The notes below the pieces were generated by a model, which searched no databases, had not been told where the DNA came from, and was given only the letters and a program-made list of their open reading frames with translations. This document shows positions 18,596 to 28,365 of a stretch of 64,000 nt of DNA, piece after piece. Position 1 is the first letter of the stretch. The number at the start of each line of letters is the position of its first letter. The position numbers and the translations under genes were made by a program. The stretch lies in sequence record PZ445437.1. The stretch is one strand, 5' to 3'. The DNA comes from a phage.

Positions 18596-19915
18596 TCACA
18601 CATAAAACACATCATAACGACCACGGGTAACACCAACATAAAGAAGTTGTTGGGCCAATTCAGCATCTGCATAATGAATACAAGGCGTATAAATGAAAGC
18701 ACGGTCTACAGACATACCCTGAGCTTTATGGAATGTTGATGCAGGAAGTGCTTTCACTTTACTAAACTGTGATTTAGCATCCCAAAAATCACTCCACGGA
18801 GCTTTTCCGCCTTTGTTCCAATTTTTATAAGTTTCTGCCGTTTTACCTAAAAATAGGTTAAACTTATACAATTCTTCATCGGATGAAATTATTTTAATCT
18901 TTTCACGATAATATTCATCATCGCCGTAAGTTTCTACTGTTAAATCCCAATGACGAATTAGATATTCTCCAGGAACACCACGAGCTTTAACAAACGTCGA
19001 TGTATACTCTGCTTCTATAATACGAACTAATTGTCCGTTATTAAAAATAATTTCTGACACAGGCTTTCCATCAATTTTATATGTTTTAATTAATGGTTCC
19101 TGCATTACAATAATTTCACCGACAATAAAATCTTTATCAGTTTCAAAAATCTTTTTACGAATAATGCTATTTAACTTGTCAACAGATTTATTCGTAAATG
19201 CCATTACGCGATTTTCAAACAAATCATCTAAAGATTTGACGATTGAAAAATAATTTACCATAAAATCGCGTAAAGCGGTATCACCAGTAAATCCACGTAC
19301 TCCATGCCCGTCAACAACTTTATCATAAATCCACTTACCGTTACGAACGTCAGTAGCTACATCAATAATAGGAGCATTACTGCGTTTAACTTCAGTGAGT
19401 TCACACTGATAAAAATCTTTGTGTGTAAAGAACGGACTGATATAAGCAGTGTTTTCTCCTGGGTCAACAGGTCTAATTTGCTTATTATCGCCTATTCCAA
19501 TTATAGTACACCATGGTGGAATAGTTGAAAGCAGAATTTTAAATAGCTTTCTATCATACATTGACACTTCGTCGCAGATTAATACCCTGCATTTAGCTAA
19601 ATCTGGTACTTCCTTCTGCTCAAAAAGAACATTTTCTTCATATGTTACTGGGTTAATTTTAAGAATACTATGAATAGTACTTGCTTCTTTCCCTGATAGT
19701 TTTGAAAGAATCTTTTTAGCTGCATGAGTAGGAGCTGCTAAAATAATACCAGTTTCACCCGTAGATATTAAAGCTTCAATGATGAACTTAGTAAGAGTAG
19801 TCTTACCGGTACCGGCAGGTCCATTAATAGTTACATGGTGTTTCTTTTCTTTAATAGCCTTCATAACAATGTTAAAGGCATTTTTCTGGCCTTCGGTCAA
19901 ATCATCAAATGTCAT
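18596..19915 (-). CDS. dda: Dda DNA helicase (SF1)
   Basis: 439 aa, the length of T4 Dda; Walker A GPAGTGKTT, Walker B LICDEVSM. Confidence 0.9.
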   Translation of the reverse strand: MTFDDLTEGQKNAFNIVMKAIKEKKHHVTINGPAGTGKTTLTKFIIEALISTGETGIILAAPTHAAKKILSKLSGKEASTIHSILKINPVTYEENVLFEQKEVPDLAKCRVLICDEVSMYDRKLFKILLSTIPPWCTIIGIGDNKQIRPVDPGENTAYISPFFTHKDFYQCELTEVKRSNAPIIDVATDVRNGKWIYDKVVDGHGVRGFTGDTALRDFMVNYFSIVKSLDDLFENRVMAFTNKSVDKLNSIIRKKIFETDKDFIVGEIIVMQEPLIKTYKIDGKPVSEIIFNNGQLVRIIEAEYTSTFVKARGVPGEYLIRHWDLTVETYGDDEYYREKIKIISSDEELYKFNLFLGKTAETYKNWNKGGKAPWSDFWDAKSQFSKVKALPASTFHKAQGMSVDRAFIYTPCIHYADAELAQQLLYVGVTRGRYDVFYV

Positions 19916-20223
19916 CGTAAATTCCCTGCAATTGGTATACTAACAATACGCCCAGTATCTAAAATTCGCTGATATAATCTTTGCGTGTCTACATCAGGCT
20001 TAACATGTTTAACTTCTATTTTATTAAACCAAAATTTACGTGGGGTCTCAACTAATCTCGGAATTCCCTTACCTAAAGCTAGTCGATACTGCTCTTTAAG
20101 AGTAGTAAATACTTTATCAGCAATCTCCCTTTCAAAAAATACAGCAGGACGATGTTCATCAAGTGGAACTGGCGCTGTAAATCCGTCTTTGTCTCGGTAA
20201 ACTATCGCATATACATAAACCAT
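19912..20223 (-). CDS. Hypothetical protein (103 aa)
   Basis: ORF with ATGA-type overlap with dda. Confidence 0.45.
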   Translation of the reverse strand: MVYVYAIVYRDKDGFTAPVPLDEHRPAVFFEREIADKVFTTLKEQYRLALGKGIPRLVETPRKFWFNKIEVKHVKPDVDTQRLYQRILDTGRIVSIPIAGNLR

Positions 20224-20224
20224 A

Positions 20225-20971
20225 TTATCCTCGGATAAGTTTAAAAATTGAACAATTTAGCGGATATCCTCTTTTCAGTTTAAGTTTATCAATAAAAGAC
20301 AAGTTTTGATACCGCTCTACACCTTGAATAATTTTATCACACATATCATATTGCATTTCTGCTTCTGACAACTTTTTCACAGTTTTCCAATCCGAGCCTT
20401 TAAGAAGAACGTTCAATTTAACAACTTCAGCGCCTTCAGCTATGCGAGAACCATCAATACGAGCTTTAAGTGCTATAATCCTCAGCTTAATGTCAGAGGT
20501 CTGTTTTGATTTAGAAAGCTGAGAAATGTGTTCAATTCGGTTTTCACGTTTTTTCTGTATAGCTTTAATTTGATTATAAGTCTTTTTTATTTTAGCCCAT
20601 TTCTTTTCATCTAAATTTAGTTTATGAACTTTTTTCGCAGATGAACGACCAATTCGCAAAGCAAATAAATCACGCTTTTCAATCAACTCTTCTAAAGTAT
20701 AATCAGAACGAAATGTATTATACTTTTTCTTTACTGCAATAACATTCCCTTTAATGTATCCAACGTTATTATCAAAACGTTCTAATGATAATTTCTCTCC
20801 TTCAACACGATTATCAAAAGGTTCTCCTGAGTAAGCACAAACTTTCTGATCTAAAATGTTCTTAATGTAATTGAAGTCTAAGTTAAAATCTTTAGAACGT
20901 CTTTTTGCAGATGCCTGGGTATGCTCTAGACGACGTTTAATTTTACGAATTTGGTTATTAGACAGCTTCAT
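20225..20971 (-). CDS. srd: Srd-position protein (248 aa) with HNH-like segment
   Basis: Position and length fit T4 Srd; contains CAYSGEPF...SLERFDNNVGYIKGNVIAV, which resembles HNH-type nuclease signatures, so identity is uncertain. Confidence 0.4.
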   Translation of the reverse strand: MKLSNNQIRKIKRRLEHTQASAKRRSKDFNLDFNYIKNILDQKVCAYSGEPFDNRVEGEKLSLERFDNNVGYIKGNVIAVKKKYNTFRSDYTLEELIEKRDLFALRIGRSSAKKVHKLNLDEKKWAKIKKTYNQIKAIQKKRENRIEHISQLSKSKQTSDIKLRIIALKARIDGSRIAEGAEVVKLNVLLKGSDWKTVKKLSEAEMQYDMCDKIIQGVERYQNLSFIDKLKLKRGYPLNCSIFKLIRG

Positions 20972-21093
20972 ATTTTTCTCACATCTTACGGACGGTTAAC
21001 TACTTATACTATAACATTTTTACTTTAACTTGTAAACAACTTTATGAAAAATGCTTTAAAACTTTCATGGTATAATGAATCTAAGTCCTTCCA

Positions 21094-21696
21094 TTATAGA
21101 TTAAATCCTTCAAAATCAAGAGTATAGATAGTGTATGTTGAATACTTTTTGTATTCATATCTATCTGCAATTCTAAATACACTTCCAGCTGGTATCATTA
21201 CTTCTTGTTCATCTGAAACTAATTCCATATTACGATAACGATGACTATCCGGAAACTTAAAGTTTGGATTGTATTCTTTACAGCGCAGAGCTTTTATAGC
21301 ATACTCCTGGAAATTGAATACCATAGGAGCTTTGAATTCAAAAATAACCTGTGTGTTATACTCTAAACCAGAAGCAAAATGTAGAGCTATATTTTTATCA
21401 TATGAAGCTGATACGACTTTATCAAATGTAATAATATCAATTCCTTGATTTAACACCTGCTTAGTCTCAGCTGGAACACCTCTCCAAAGAGGTTTATCGT
21501 TTGGAACCAAACGAGATTTGATTATTTCATTTAACCAAGTATGGTCATCTGGCTTATTAGTAATACAATGAATTAAAAGTTCAATTTCAGATAAATTAAA
21601 CCCTTCAGAAAGCAATTCTTCACGAATAGAAGCACGCACCGATGCATCCATTGATTTTATTTTAAAATCTTTTAGTTGCATTACTGAGTATTTCAT
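21094..21696 (-). CDS. modA: ModA-like ADP-ribosyltransferase
   Basis: 200 aa, the length of T4 ModA; R-S-E ART triad candidates (WRG, SAS, EQEVMIP). Confidence 0.6.
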   Translation of the reverse strand: MKYSVMQLKDFKIKSMDASVRASIREELLSEGFNLSEIELLIHCITNKPDDHTWLNEIIKSRLVPNDKPLWRGVPAETKQVLNQGIDIITFDKVVSASYDKNIALHFASGLEYNTQVIFEFKAPMVFNFQEYAIKALRCKEYNPNFKFPDSHRYRNMELVSDEQEVMIPAGSVFRIADRYEYKKYSTYTIYTLDFEGFNL

Positions 21697-22316
21697 TCAA
21701 CTACCTCAATATCATAAACTTTAAATGTTCCAAATGAATCGTGTAATTTTTCTTTTGAAATAGAAGTTATTTTATACTTTCCAATTGGAATCATCCATTC
21801 TTGTTCATGCACAATCATCATTAAGTTATCAGTACGCTCTGAATCTAATCCATCAGTATCTTCATATGTATACTTAAACTCAGTATTAGGAGAAGAAAGT
21901 ATAATATCGCTGATATGGTCAGAATAATTAAAAGCTTTATCAGTTTTTAAACGAAGTATTGTTTCAGTGAAATATTCAGCATAAGAAAAAGAACACGCTG
22001 TGTGTAAACTAGTAGTAAATGAATCTACCCTGTTCGTTGAAAACACTTCTCCAACCTGTAAATCTTTAATAAGTTCTTTTGTCGATTTTGATATACCACG
22101 ATATAATTGATAAGGCGATTTAGTTAAATGCTTTTTAATGATTTTATTCAACTGTCTGTGAAGAGCTTCATTCTTTTTGGCTTCCATACATTGCCAAAGA
22201 ACAGACTGCTCGAAGTCAGTAAATTTTTCACAGACTTTTTTATACATATCATATTGAAAATCAACGCTTTCAGCTTTTATAGATAACTGTTCAACATCTG
22301 CAGGATTAATAATCAT
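21693..22316 (-). CDS. modB: ModB-like ADP-ribosyltransferase
   Basis: 207 aa, the length of T4 ModB; paralog of the previous gene (YRG, STN, HEQEWMIP). Confidence 0.6.
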   Translation of the reverse strand: MIINPADVEQLSIKAESVDFQYDMYKKVCEKFTDFEQSVLWQCMEAKKNEALHRQLNKIIKKHLTKSPYQLYRGISKSTKELIKDLQVGEVFSTNRVDSFTTSLHTACSFSYAEYFTETILRLKTDKAFNYSDHISDIILSSPNTEFKYTYEDTDGLDSERTDNLMMIVHEQEWMIPIGKYKITSISKEKLHDSFGTFKVYDIEVVE

Positions 22317-22383
22317 GATAGCCTCCGTATACTTCAGAAGCTATCATATCATCGTTAGAAAGGAAAGTAAACAACTTTTTGAA

Positions 22384-22566
22384 TTATTTTGCCCAGGGAG
22401 CCCAAGGCGGAGGGTCAAGATGGTATGAAGCTAGTTCTTCTAGAAGAGCATCTGGGGCTTCAATTCCATAATTCTGTAATACTATACGGTATTCTTTCTT
22501 ATAATCACTAGAATCATTCTGGATATTCGTAGAATGATTATCTTCTAACATCTCAAATAAATCCAT
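22384..22566 (-). CDS. Hypothetical protein (60 aa)
   Basis: ORF. Confidence 0.4.
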   Translation of the reverse strand: MDLFEMLEDNHSTNIQNDSSDYKKEYRIVLQNYGIEAPDALLEELASYHLDPPPWAPWAK

Positions 22567-22574
22567 ACTAATTC

Positions 22575-23045
22575 CTAGCGATAAAAACCAAATTGACGAT
22601 TAGCTTCAATAATCTTTCTTTCTTCTTCGGACATTCTCCAGCGTAGTCCAACATCAAAATGAGCCCAGACCATCTTAACAAATGCATTTATATCTTTAAT
22701 ATCTTCAATAATGAATGTTTTACTTTTAGAAGGTTGACTCGCTAATTTAACTTTATCGTCTTCAAACATGTCAAAAAGACCATATTCATGAGCTCTTTTA
22801 TAGCCTTTAATAGTTAAAGCTTCGGAAGAAGAAAACGGTGAATCAGTATTCTGCAAAATATCTTCAGTATGCTTTATAATTAGAATAACATTTTCTGGAT
22901 ATTTTCTTTCTTTTATATCTTTAATTAAAATATCCGGATTTTCTGCTAAAGGAATAATTAACGAGCATTTTTTATCAAGTGTATTTACTGATTTACCTTC
23001 TTTAGACATAAATTCTATTGAATAGTGTTTTGCTACTTCAATCAT
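22575..23045 (-). CDS. Hypothetical protein (156 aa)
   Basis: ORF. Confidence 0.45.
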   Translation of the reverse strand: MIEVAKHYSIEFMSKEGKSVNTLDKKCSLIIPLAENPDILIKDIKERKYPENVILIIKHTEDILQNTDSPFSSSEALTIKGYKRAHEYGLFDMFEDDKVKLASQPSKSKTFIIEDIKDINAFVKMVWAHFDVGLRWRMSEEERKIIEANRQFGFYR

Positions 23046-23198
23046 GTGATTTCCTTTTGCCTACTAATGGACCGTCAGGAATTTTGTTTTCCTGAATGTA
23101 TTTCTCATTTTCTTCCATCATTTTACTGCCAATTTTAAGAAGCAAATCCATTGCTTCATTTGCTTTAGCTTTAGCCTCTTCTAACGTCATATCTCTGT

Positions 23199-23402
23199 TC
23201 ACGATTTATCCCCATAGATGTCTCTCATTAATTTAAGCGCTGAGCGTTCTAATTTCTTTTCTTTCTCAGCACTAATCATTGATTTCATCCATTCTTCTGA
23301 TTCGTTCTGCATTTCTTTATTTGCTTGTTCAACCCAACCATCATCAATATACATTGAGTTTGGTCTATTGAACCATTCAAGCATCTTCTTCAGAACTTTC
23401 AT
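23199..23402 (-). CDS. Hypothetical protein (67 aa)
   Basis: ORF. Confidence 0.4.
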   Translation of the reverse strand: MKVLKKMLEWFNRPNSMYIDDGWVEQANKEMQNESEEWMKSMISAEKEKKLERSALKLMRDIYGDKS

Positions 23403-23874
23403 CTGTTTTACCTAAAACAACAGTAGGAGCATCATCAAACTCATGAATTTTTAGCAAATTTGGATGTAAACTATTCCATACAGAAGAAATAAAGTATGAT
23501 AAAGCATCTTCGTCCACAATTATAAATTTATTTCCTTTATCTATTTTCCAACTATATACTGAATCGTACGAATAAAAAGATAAAGGTTCATCATTATATT
23601 TTTCTGTGTTAACATTAATGTATTCTGATTTAGTAAATGCTTCAATTGCTCTAAATGGAATATTTGGCACAGTTTCAATAATACCAATCTTTTTAAGTTT
23701 TATTTCAGCATCTTCTGGAACTGGCATTGAAACGAAATTTTCTACGAGATACATTGGGTCACAATAACCCTTATCAATCATTACCGCTACGGTAATTGGA
23801 ACATCTTTAGCAAACGACAAACTATTACTGCTAATATACATTTCAAACAAAATCGCTTCCATAATTTTCCTCAA
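23377..23874 (-). CDS. Hypothetical protein (165 aa)
   Basis: ORF. Confidence 0.45.
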   Translation of the reverse strand: MRKIMEAILFEMYISSNSLSFAKDVPITVAVMIDKGYCDPMYLVENFVSMPVPEDAEIKLKKIGIIETVPNIPFRAIEAFTKSEYINVNTEKYNDEPLSFYSYDSVYSWKIDKGNKFIIVDEDALSYFISSVWNSLHPNLLKIHEFDDAPTVVLGKTDESSEEDA

Positions 23875-24104
23875 TCACAAGATGTAGATGAACAACTAGA
23901 ATCACAAGAACTTCCGCATGAATCGCCCGTCCATACATGAACAGGAACATTAGTATCATATGAATCAGAACTAGACTGTGTATTCTGCGTATTAGATGAT
24001 GTAGGTGTTGACCAACGCCAAGGATTTTTATAATATTCCTGGGCTTCTTCATAAGTCATAGTAACTGCTTCTACTGTTCCATCTCCCATATAAACCATAT
24101 TCAA
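23871..24104 (-). CDS. Hypothetical protein with Cys/Ser-rich C-terminus (77 aa)
   Basis: C-terminal [18 protein letters not shown] low-complexity tail. Confidence 0.4.
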   Translation of the reverse strand: MNMVYMGDGTVEAVTMTYEEAQEYYKNPWRWSTPTSSNTQNTQSSSDSYDTNVPVHVWTGDSCGSSCDSSCSSTSCD

Positions 24105-24209
24105 CTACAGTTAAAGGAAGGTAGTCATTTGAAATAGGAACTACACCTTCTCCGGGAGTTGTAGAGAAAAAATCCGTAAAGAAACTTTTAAACCAATTAA
24201 AGATAAACA

Positions 24210-24416
24210 TTACAAAAAGCCTCTTTTGAATTCGACTTGCTTTTCGCCATAATCATATCGAATCTCTGCATTAAATTCGACAGAACCATCTGCGTACATC
24301 ATAAATGAATGCACAACAACTTCTGTAGACCATGGCTGTAGTTCATATTTCTTCATTACATGCCGTGAAATGATAATATCTAAATCTTCATTTGGTTTAA
24401 TCCAGCGATTTAACAT
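24210..24416 (-). CDS. Hypothetical protein (68 aa)
   Basis: ORF with SD GGAGAG downstream of a promoter cassette. Confidence 0.45.
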   Translation of the reverse strand: MLNRWIKPNEDLDIIISRHVMKKYELQPWSTEVVVHSFMMYADGSVEFNAEIRYDYGEKQVEFKRGFL

Positions 24417-24485
24417 AGTGCTCTCCTCTATAAGATAATTCTATTATACCATACTCATTTTGGAAAGTAAACCATTTAAATGAAA

Positions 24486-24507
24486 AAGGACTCCCGAAGG
24501 AGTCCTT
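24486..24507 (-). terminator. Rho-independent terminator after soc
   Basis: aaggactcc-cgaa-ggagtcctt with U-tract on the minus transcript. Confidence 0.55.
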
Positions 24508-24513
24508 GAATTA

Positions 24514-24750
24514 TTAACCACCTATTTCTGTAGGTGTAAACATTGCAGCATTCTTAGTTTTCCAAGTTGCTGCATCGGAAACTACATCAGAATAAGCTGC
24601 TTTTTCTGACGGAAAGATTTGATAATGAGAATCTGCAATACGGTGTTCATTTGAATATACATCAAATGCTACAGAAACTTCCATACCTTTAACTTCTTTG
24701 CCTTCACCTGCTGGATGAGTAAAGGTCTTGATGTTAACGAAACCACCCAT
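24514..24750 (-). CDS. soc: Small outer capsid protein Soc
   Basis: 78 aa; VNIKTF...VSVAF...YQIFPSEKAAYS resembles my recollection of T4 Soc, with clear divergence elsewhere. Confidence 0.65.
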   Translation of the reverse strand: MGGFVNIKTFTHPAGEGKEVKGMEVSVAFDVYSNEHRIADSHYQIFPSEKAAYSDVVSDAATWKTKNAAMFTPTEIGG

Positions 24751-24934
24751 AATAAACTCCTTTATTGTTTAATTACAGGTGTATTTATATCAGTCTTCAA
24801 TGAAAACTTGTGCCAGGAATTCGTGTTCATCTTGAATTTGTTTATATAAAGCCATTACAGCATTTATATTAGAGCTATCTACTTTAAGTTGATAGGCATA
24901 CCACTCGTGTAAATTAATTAAAGCTTTTTGTCGT

Positions 24935-25159
24935 CTAATAAATTCTTCTTTGGATATTTTCATTTGAATGCTCTATAATTAATTTTAAGGCTTCTTTACT
25001 GACAAAAATTTCATCAAGACCTTCTTCTACACCCCAATCAACTGCACGAAGCTGATTAGATAAGAGCTCGTATGTGAGCTCTTTGTCATAATTTTTAAAT
25101 AGCTGGTCAATACGTTTCTTGTGGGCTTTCTTAAGCTGGCGTTTATTTAAACGAGCCAT
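24935..25159 (-). CDS. Hypothetical protein (74 aa)
   Basis: Basic/helical ORF coupled to gene 56. Confidence 0.45.
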   Translation of the reverse strand: MARLNKRQLKKAHKKRIDQLFKNYDKELTYELLSNQLRAVDWGVEEGLDEIFVSKEALKLIIEHSNENIQRRIY

Positions 25160-25677
25160 TAATAACCTCGGTCTTGACGAGCGAAGTTTTCAGCATTTTT
25201 CAAATAATAAAGTTTAAAGATTTCTTCAGCCGTAAGACCGAGACCTTGGAACATGTTCAGAACGAAATGAAGAATATCAATCATTTCGAATTTAATTTCC
25301 AACTGGTCTTGTGGAGACAAATCAGTAATCAGAGTTTCACGTCGTTCACCATGTTGAGCTTTCCAAGGCTTCCATACAGCAGATGCATCTTTTTCACCAT
25401 TGCTCATACCACCAAGAGAAGTCAATAGTTCGCGGAATTCATCATCAATATAATCTTTCTGATTACGCAACCAATCAACAACTTCGCCTGCGGTAGCCAA
25501 ATCATCAGGATGACGGTTATATTCAGGTTTATCTTTAGCTAAACGAACCTGAAGAGATTTCTGCATATCAAGCATAACTTGCAGCGGGTCTTTTTCATCA
25601 CCGAGAATATCCCAGTATTCATTTTGAGCTTTATCAGCGCCTTCAATCAGTTGTGAACATTCATTAAAGTATGCCAT
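25159..25677 (-). CDS. 56: dCTP pyrophosphatase gp56 (MazG-like)
   Basis: 172 aa from the internal ATG with SD AAAGGA (T4 gp56 171 aa); the track's 203-aa version uses an upstream start with no RBS. Confidence 0.7.
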   Translation of the reverse strand: MAYFNECSQLIEGADKAQNEYWDILGDEKDPLQVMLDMQKSLQVRLAKDKPEYNRHPDDLATAGEVVDWLRNQKDYIDDEFRELLTSLGGMSNGEKDASAVWKPWKAQHGERRETLITDLSPQDQLEIKFEMIDILHFVLNMFQGLGLTAEEIFKLYYLKNAENFARQDRGY

Positions 25678-25748
25678 TATTTTTCCTTTCAATTCATGGG
25701 TTAGTAGATTAATTATACAATAAATATATAAAGCAATAAGGAGGACAT

Positions 25749-25949
25749 ATGGTACAAAAATTAATGGCACTTGTTAATGCCATAAAAGGTAATAAAAAAC
25801 GTATAGCTTTTACTATTTCTGCTACGGTAGGAATTTTACTCTGGAATTTTGTTTTATCACCAATTGCTATTGCTCATGGTGTTAATATTCCAGTAATTAC
25901 TCTTGATACATTCGTAGATTTATCATTTGCTTTGGTTGGGTTAATTTAA
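25749..25949 (+). CDS. Small hydrophobic protein (66 aa) on the opposite strand
   Basis: Strong SD AAGGAGG 4 nt before the ATG; two hydrophobic segments; occupies the otherwise gene-free gap between 56 and 61. Confidence 0.45.
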   Translation: MVQKLMALVNAIKGNKKRIAFTISATVGILLWNFVLSPIAIAHGVNIPVITLDTFVDLSFALVGLI

Positions 25950-26974
25950 ATCTTAGCATATTTAGATAGCCGCATTTTAGCCATCAACCCTTGGGCAATA
26001 TTATTTTTCATATATTCCATAATTTGTTCAGGGGTTGCACCTTCCTTTCTAATCATATCATTAACATCTTTTGATTTCCAGGGAGATTTGTCCCAAAACA
26101 TAACCCTTTCTCCTGCATCAACCAATTTAGTCATTCGTTTAATAGTGTCAGGATGACGAGGTTCATTATCTAAAACCCATACACGTCTATCTTTAAATGG
26201 AACAATTTCTAGGTCTAATTGACCACCCGTAATAGCTATACCATTTTCAATAAAAAGTGAATCTATAGGTCCTTCTAGAACATATACATCACCATCTTTG
26301 ACTCGTTCGACTCCATAGATTTTTGTTGCCTCAGGATAAGCTTTGATGGTGATATATTTTTGAGGAGCATCTTTCTTTAATGCACGTCCTTGAAAAGACT
26401 CAGCTTTTCCATTAGCATTATAAATTGGAATAACAAGACGAGGCTCAGAAATTTCCTTTTTGTATGTTCCCGGTGCTATGCTATTAACTAATTTAGGCCA
26501 TTCGGTTGTAAACCAAAGATATTTCCATTTATCCTTTGGAATACAACGAGCTTTTACATATTTTATAATTGGATGGTCTTCCGCCAGTTTATCTAATCTA
26601 ACACATGACGGAAGAGATTTAATTATTTTCTTCTCAGGTTGCTTAGGAAGTTCTTTAGGTTTTTCTACTGGACGACTTTTACCTTTTTCTTTTCTTATTT
26701 CAAAGATATACTCACGATATAAATCAGGTTCAAACTCCTTTAAATATATTCCGATTGGTGCATGATAATTACAGTTATAACAATGAATATTTCCTTCATT
26801 ATTATCACCATAATACCATCCACGAGCTTTATTCTGGTCGGTTTTTGAATCTCCACAAACAGGACATCTAAACCGCAATTTAAAAGTTGAACTATTATTT
26901 ACTTGTGTGAATTTAGGTAAATGAGCTAATGCACGGTATGCAAACTCATTATCAATCCAAGGTATTGATGACAT
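25946..26974 (-). CDS. 61: DNA primase gp61
   Basis: 342 aa, the length of T4 gp61; zinc ribbon CPVCGDSK...CYNC and TOPRIM-like core. Confidence 0.9.
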   Translation of the reverse strand: MSSIPWIDNEFAYRALAHLPKFTQVNNSSTFKLRFRCPVCGDSKTDQNKARGWYYGDNNEGNIHCYNCNYHAPIGIYLKEFEPDLYREYIFEIRKEKGKSRPVEKPKELPKQPEKKIIKSLPSCVRLDKLAEDHPIIKYVKARCIPKDKWKYLWFTTEWPKLVNSIAPGTYKKEISEPRLVIPIYNANGKAESFQGRALKKDAPQKYITIKAYPEATKIYGVERVKDGDVYVLEGPIDSLFIENGIAITGGQLDLEIVPFKDRRVWVLDNEPRHPDTIKRMTKLVDAGERVMFWDKSPWKSKDVNDMIRKEGATPEQIMEYMKNNIAQGLMAKMRLSKYAKI

Positions 26975-26976
26975 TT

Positions 26977-27141
26977 TTACTCTTCTTTTTCTTTAGATTC
27001 CTCTTTTTTCTTTTTAGGAATCTGTTCAGGACCTTTATTTACTACAGCGCCTGATGTTATTCCAGTAGAGATATTTTCAGGATTACCACCTGAATCTCCA
27101 GCGACCATATCTTCTTTGATAAATTCTTTATATGTTTTCAT
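26977..27141 (-). CDS. Small hypothetical protein (54 aa, 61.1 position)
   Basis: ORF MKTYKEFIKEDMVAGDSGGNPENI...KKKKEESKEKEE; under 60 aa so absent from the track. Confidence 0.4.
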   Translation of the reverse strand: MKTYKEFIKEDMVAGDSGGNPENISTGITSGAVVNKGPEQIPKKKKEESKEKEE

Positions 27142-27142
27142 A

Positions 27143-27499
27143 TTAACCTCTATTCATAAAAGCATTAAAAATTTGGTCATCAATAGATGGTGCAGTAATA
27201 TTTTCTGCATCATTTAGCAAATCATTAATTTCATCAGATAGCATAACACATGTACCTTTATTTCCTGTAATTGTTACTGCGCAATTACGAACGTTTTCTT
27301 TATTAAATTTTAGGTTAATATTTTCGTAATGAAAATCCTTTAATGCCGAATATATCTTTAAAATGAAATTGTCTTTTACTACAATAAACCCAACCTCACT
27401 ATTAAAACGTGGTTCATGGAAACTGTAATAAACCTTTTCATCTATAAAATCGTATGAAATTTTTTCCATTTTTAAATATGAAAATTCAGAACTATACAT
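27143..27499 (-). CDS. Hypothetical protein (118 aa, 61.2 position)
   Basis: ORF in the primase-helicase intergenic block. Confidence 0.45.
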   Translation of the reverse strand: MYSSEFSYLKMEKISYDFIDEKVYYSFHEPRFNSEVGFIVVKDNFILKIYSALKDFHYENINLKFNKENVRNCAVTITGNKGTCVMLSDEINDLLNDAENITAPSIDDQIFNAFMNRG

Positions 27500-27511
27500 A
27501 CTAACCTCTAA

Positions 27512-27805
27512 TTACTCACCTACCACTTCAGCGATGATATTTTTATTATTAAAGTTTTTATCACAATACAGAACATAATTATACTGCATTACACCACCAG
27601 ACTTAAGCTGTTTTTGCACTTCAGCTTTCATTTCAGGGCGATCGCGCTCAACGATATTCATAATATCTGCTTCAATTTGAGTTTCAACCTCAGTCTGATC
27701 TGCCGTCATAGACCATTCGCACAAATCTTTATCATAACCTGCCATAGCAGGCTGAGCAGCACAAGAAGCTAAAGCAAAAATTGCGGCAAAGATAAATTTT
27801 TTCAT
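27512..27805 (-). CDS. sp: Spackle periplasmic protein
   Basis: 97 aa, the length of T4 Sp; cleavable signal peptide MKKFIFAAIFALASCAAQPAMA. Confidence 0.7.
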   Translation of the reverse strand: MKKFIFAAIFALASCAAQPAMAGYDKDLCEWSMTADQTEVETQIEADIMNIVERDRPEMKAEVQKQLKSGGVMQYNYVLYCDKNFNNKNIIAEVVGE

Positions 27806-27865
27806 GATAATCTCCTCAGTAGTTTATGTTTATATAGTATCTCAATTTCCAACAAAAGTAAACAG

Positions 27866-28123
27866 TTATTTTAAAACTTCTGCGTAATCACATGTTACAA
27901 ACTGTTTCTCTAGCTTGACGATTTTACGAAAGTATCTTTTACATTGACGAATCTGCCTCTTCGTAGGGCGAACAGCAAACTTAATAAATTCCACTCGACC
28001 AAATGGAGGGCTTTCTTCTGCTGGAATATCTAACACCAATTCCCACGTATCTGCAATAAGTGCTTTGAATTGCGTATTTTTCCTGACGTTATACGGAGTA
28101 GGTTTAAATAAAACAATATGCAT
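27866..28123 (-). CDS. Hypothetical protein (85 aa, 61.4 position)
   Basis: ORF adjacent to dmd. Confidence 0.45.
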   Translation of the reverse strand: MHIVLFKPTPYNVRKNTQFKALIADTWELVLDIPAEESPPFGRVEFIKFAVRPTKRQIRQCKRYFRKIVKLEKQFVTCDYAEVLK

Positions 28124-28124
28124 A

Positions 28125-28307
28125 TTATCCTCGGCAATCTACTTCACATACTTTCTTGTCATCAATGAAAGCTTTAACTAATGCTTTATTAACTTCAGCA
28201 TATTGAGTAGTAGCCCATTGAACGTCATCTTTCATCATTGTGGTTTCTTTAGTAAACATGCTTTCATTCTTAAACCACCCCATAAAAACTACCTTTACCA
28301 ATTCCAT
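28125..28307 (-). CDS. dmd: Dmd (antitoxin against host RnlA/LsoA-type RNases)
   Basis: 60 aa, the length of T4 Dmd, directly upstream of gene 41; MELVKVVFMGWFKNESMFTKE... fits my recollection. Confidence 0.65.
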   Translation of the reverse strand: MELVKVVFMGWFKNESMFTKETTMMKDDVQWATTQYAEVNKALVKAFIDDKKVCEVDCRG

Positions 28308-28365
28308 AACAATCTCCTCATTTAACCAACAAGACTACTATACCATAGTCTTGTCAGCTTGTAAA

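Noticed and set aside
25159-25770. 203-aa version of the gene 56 ORF
   Set aside because: The upstream start has no RBS and would overlap the plus-strand mini-gene's SD; the internal ATG with AAAGGA gives the expected 172 aa.
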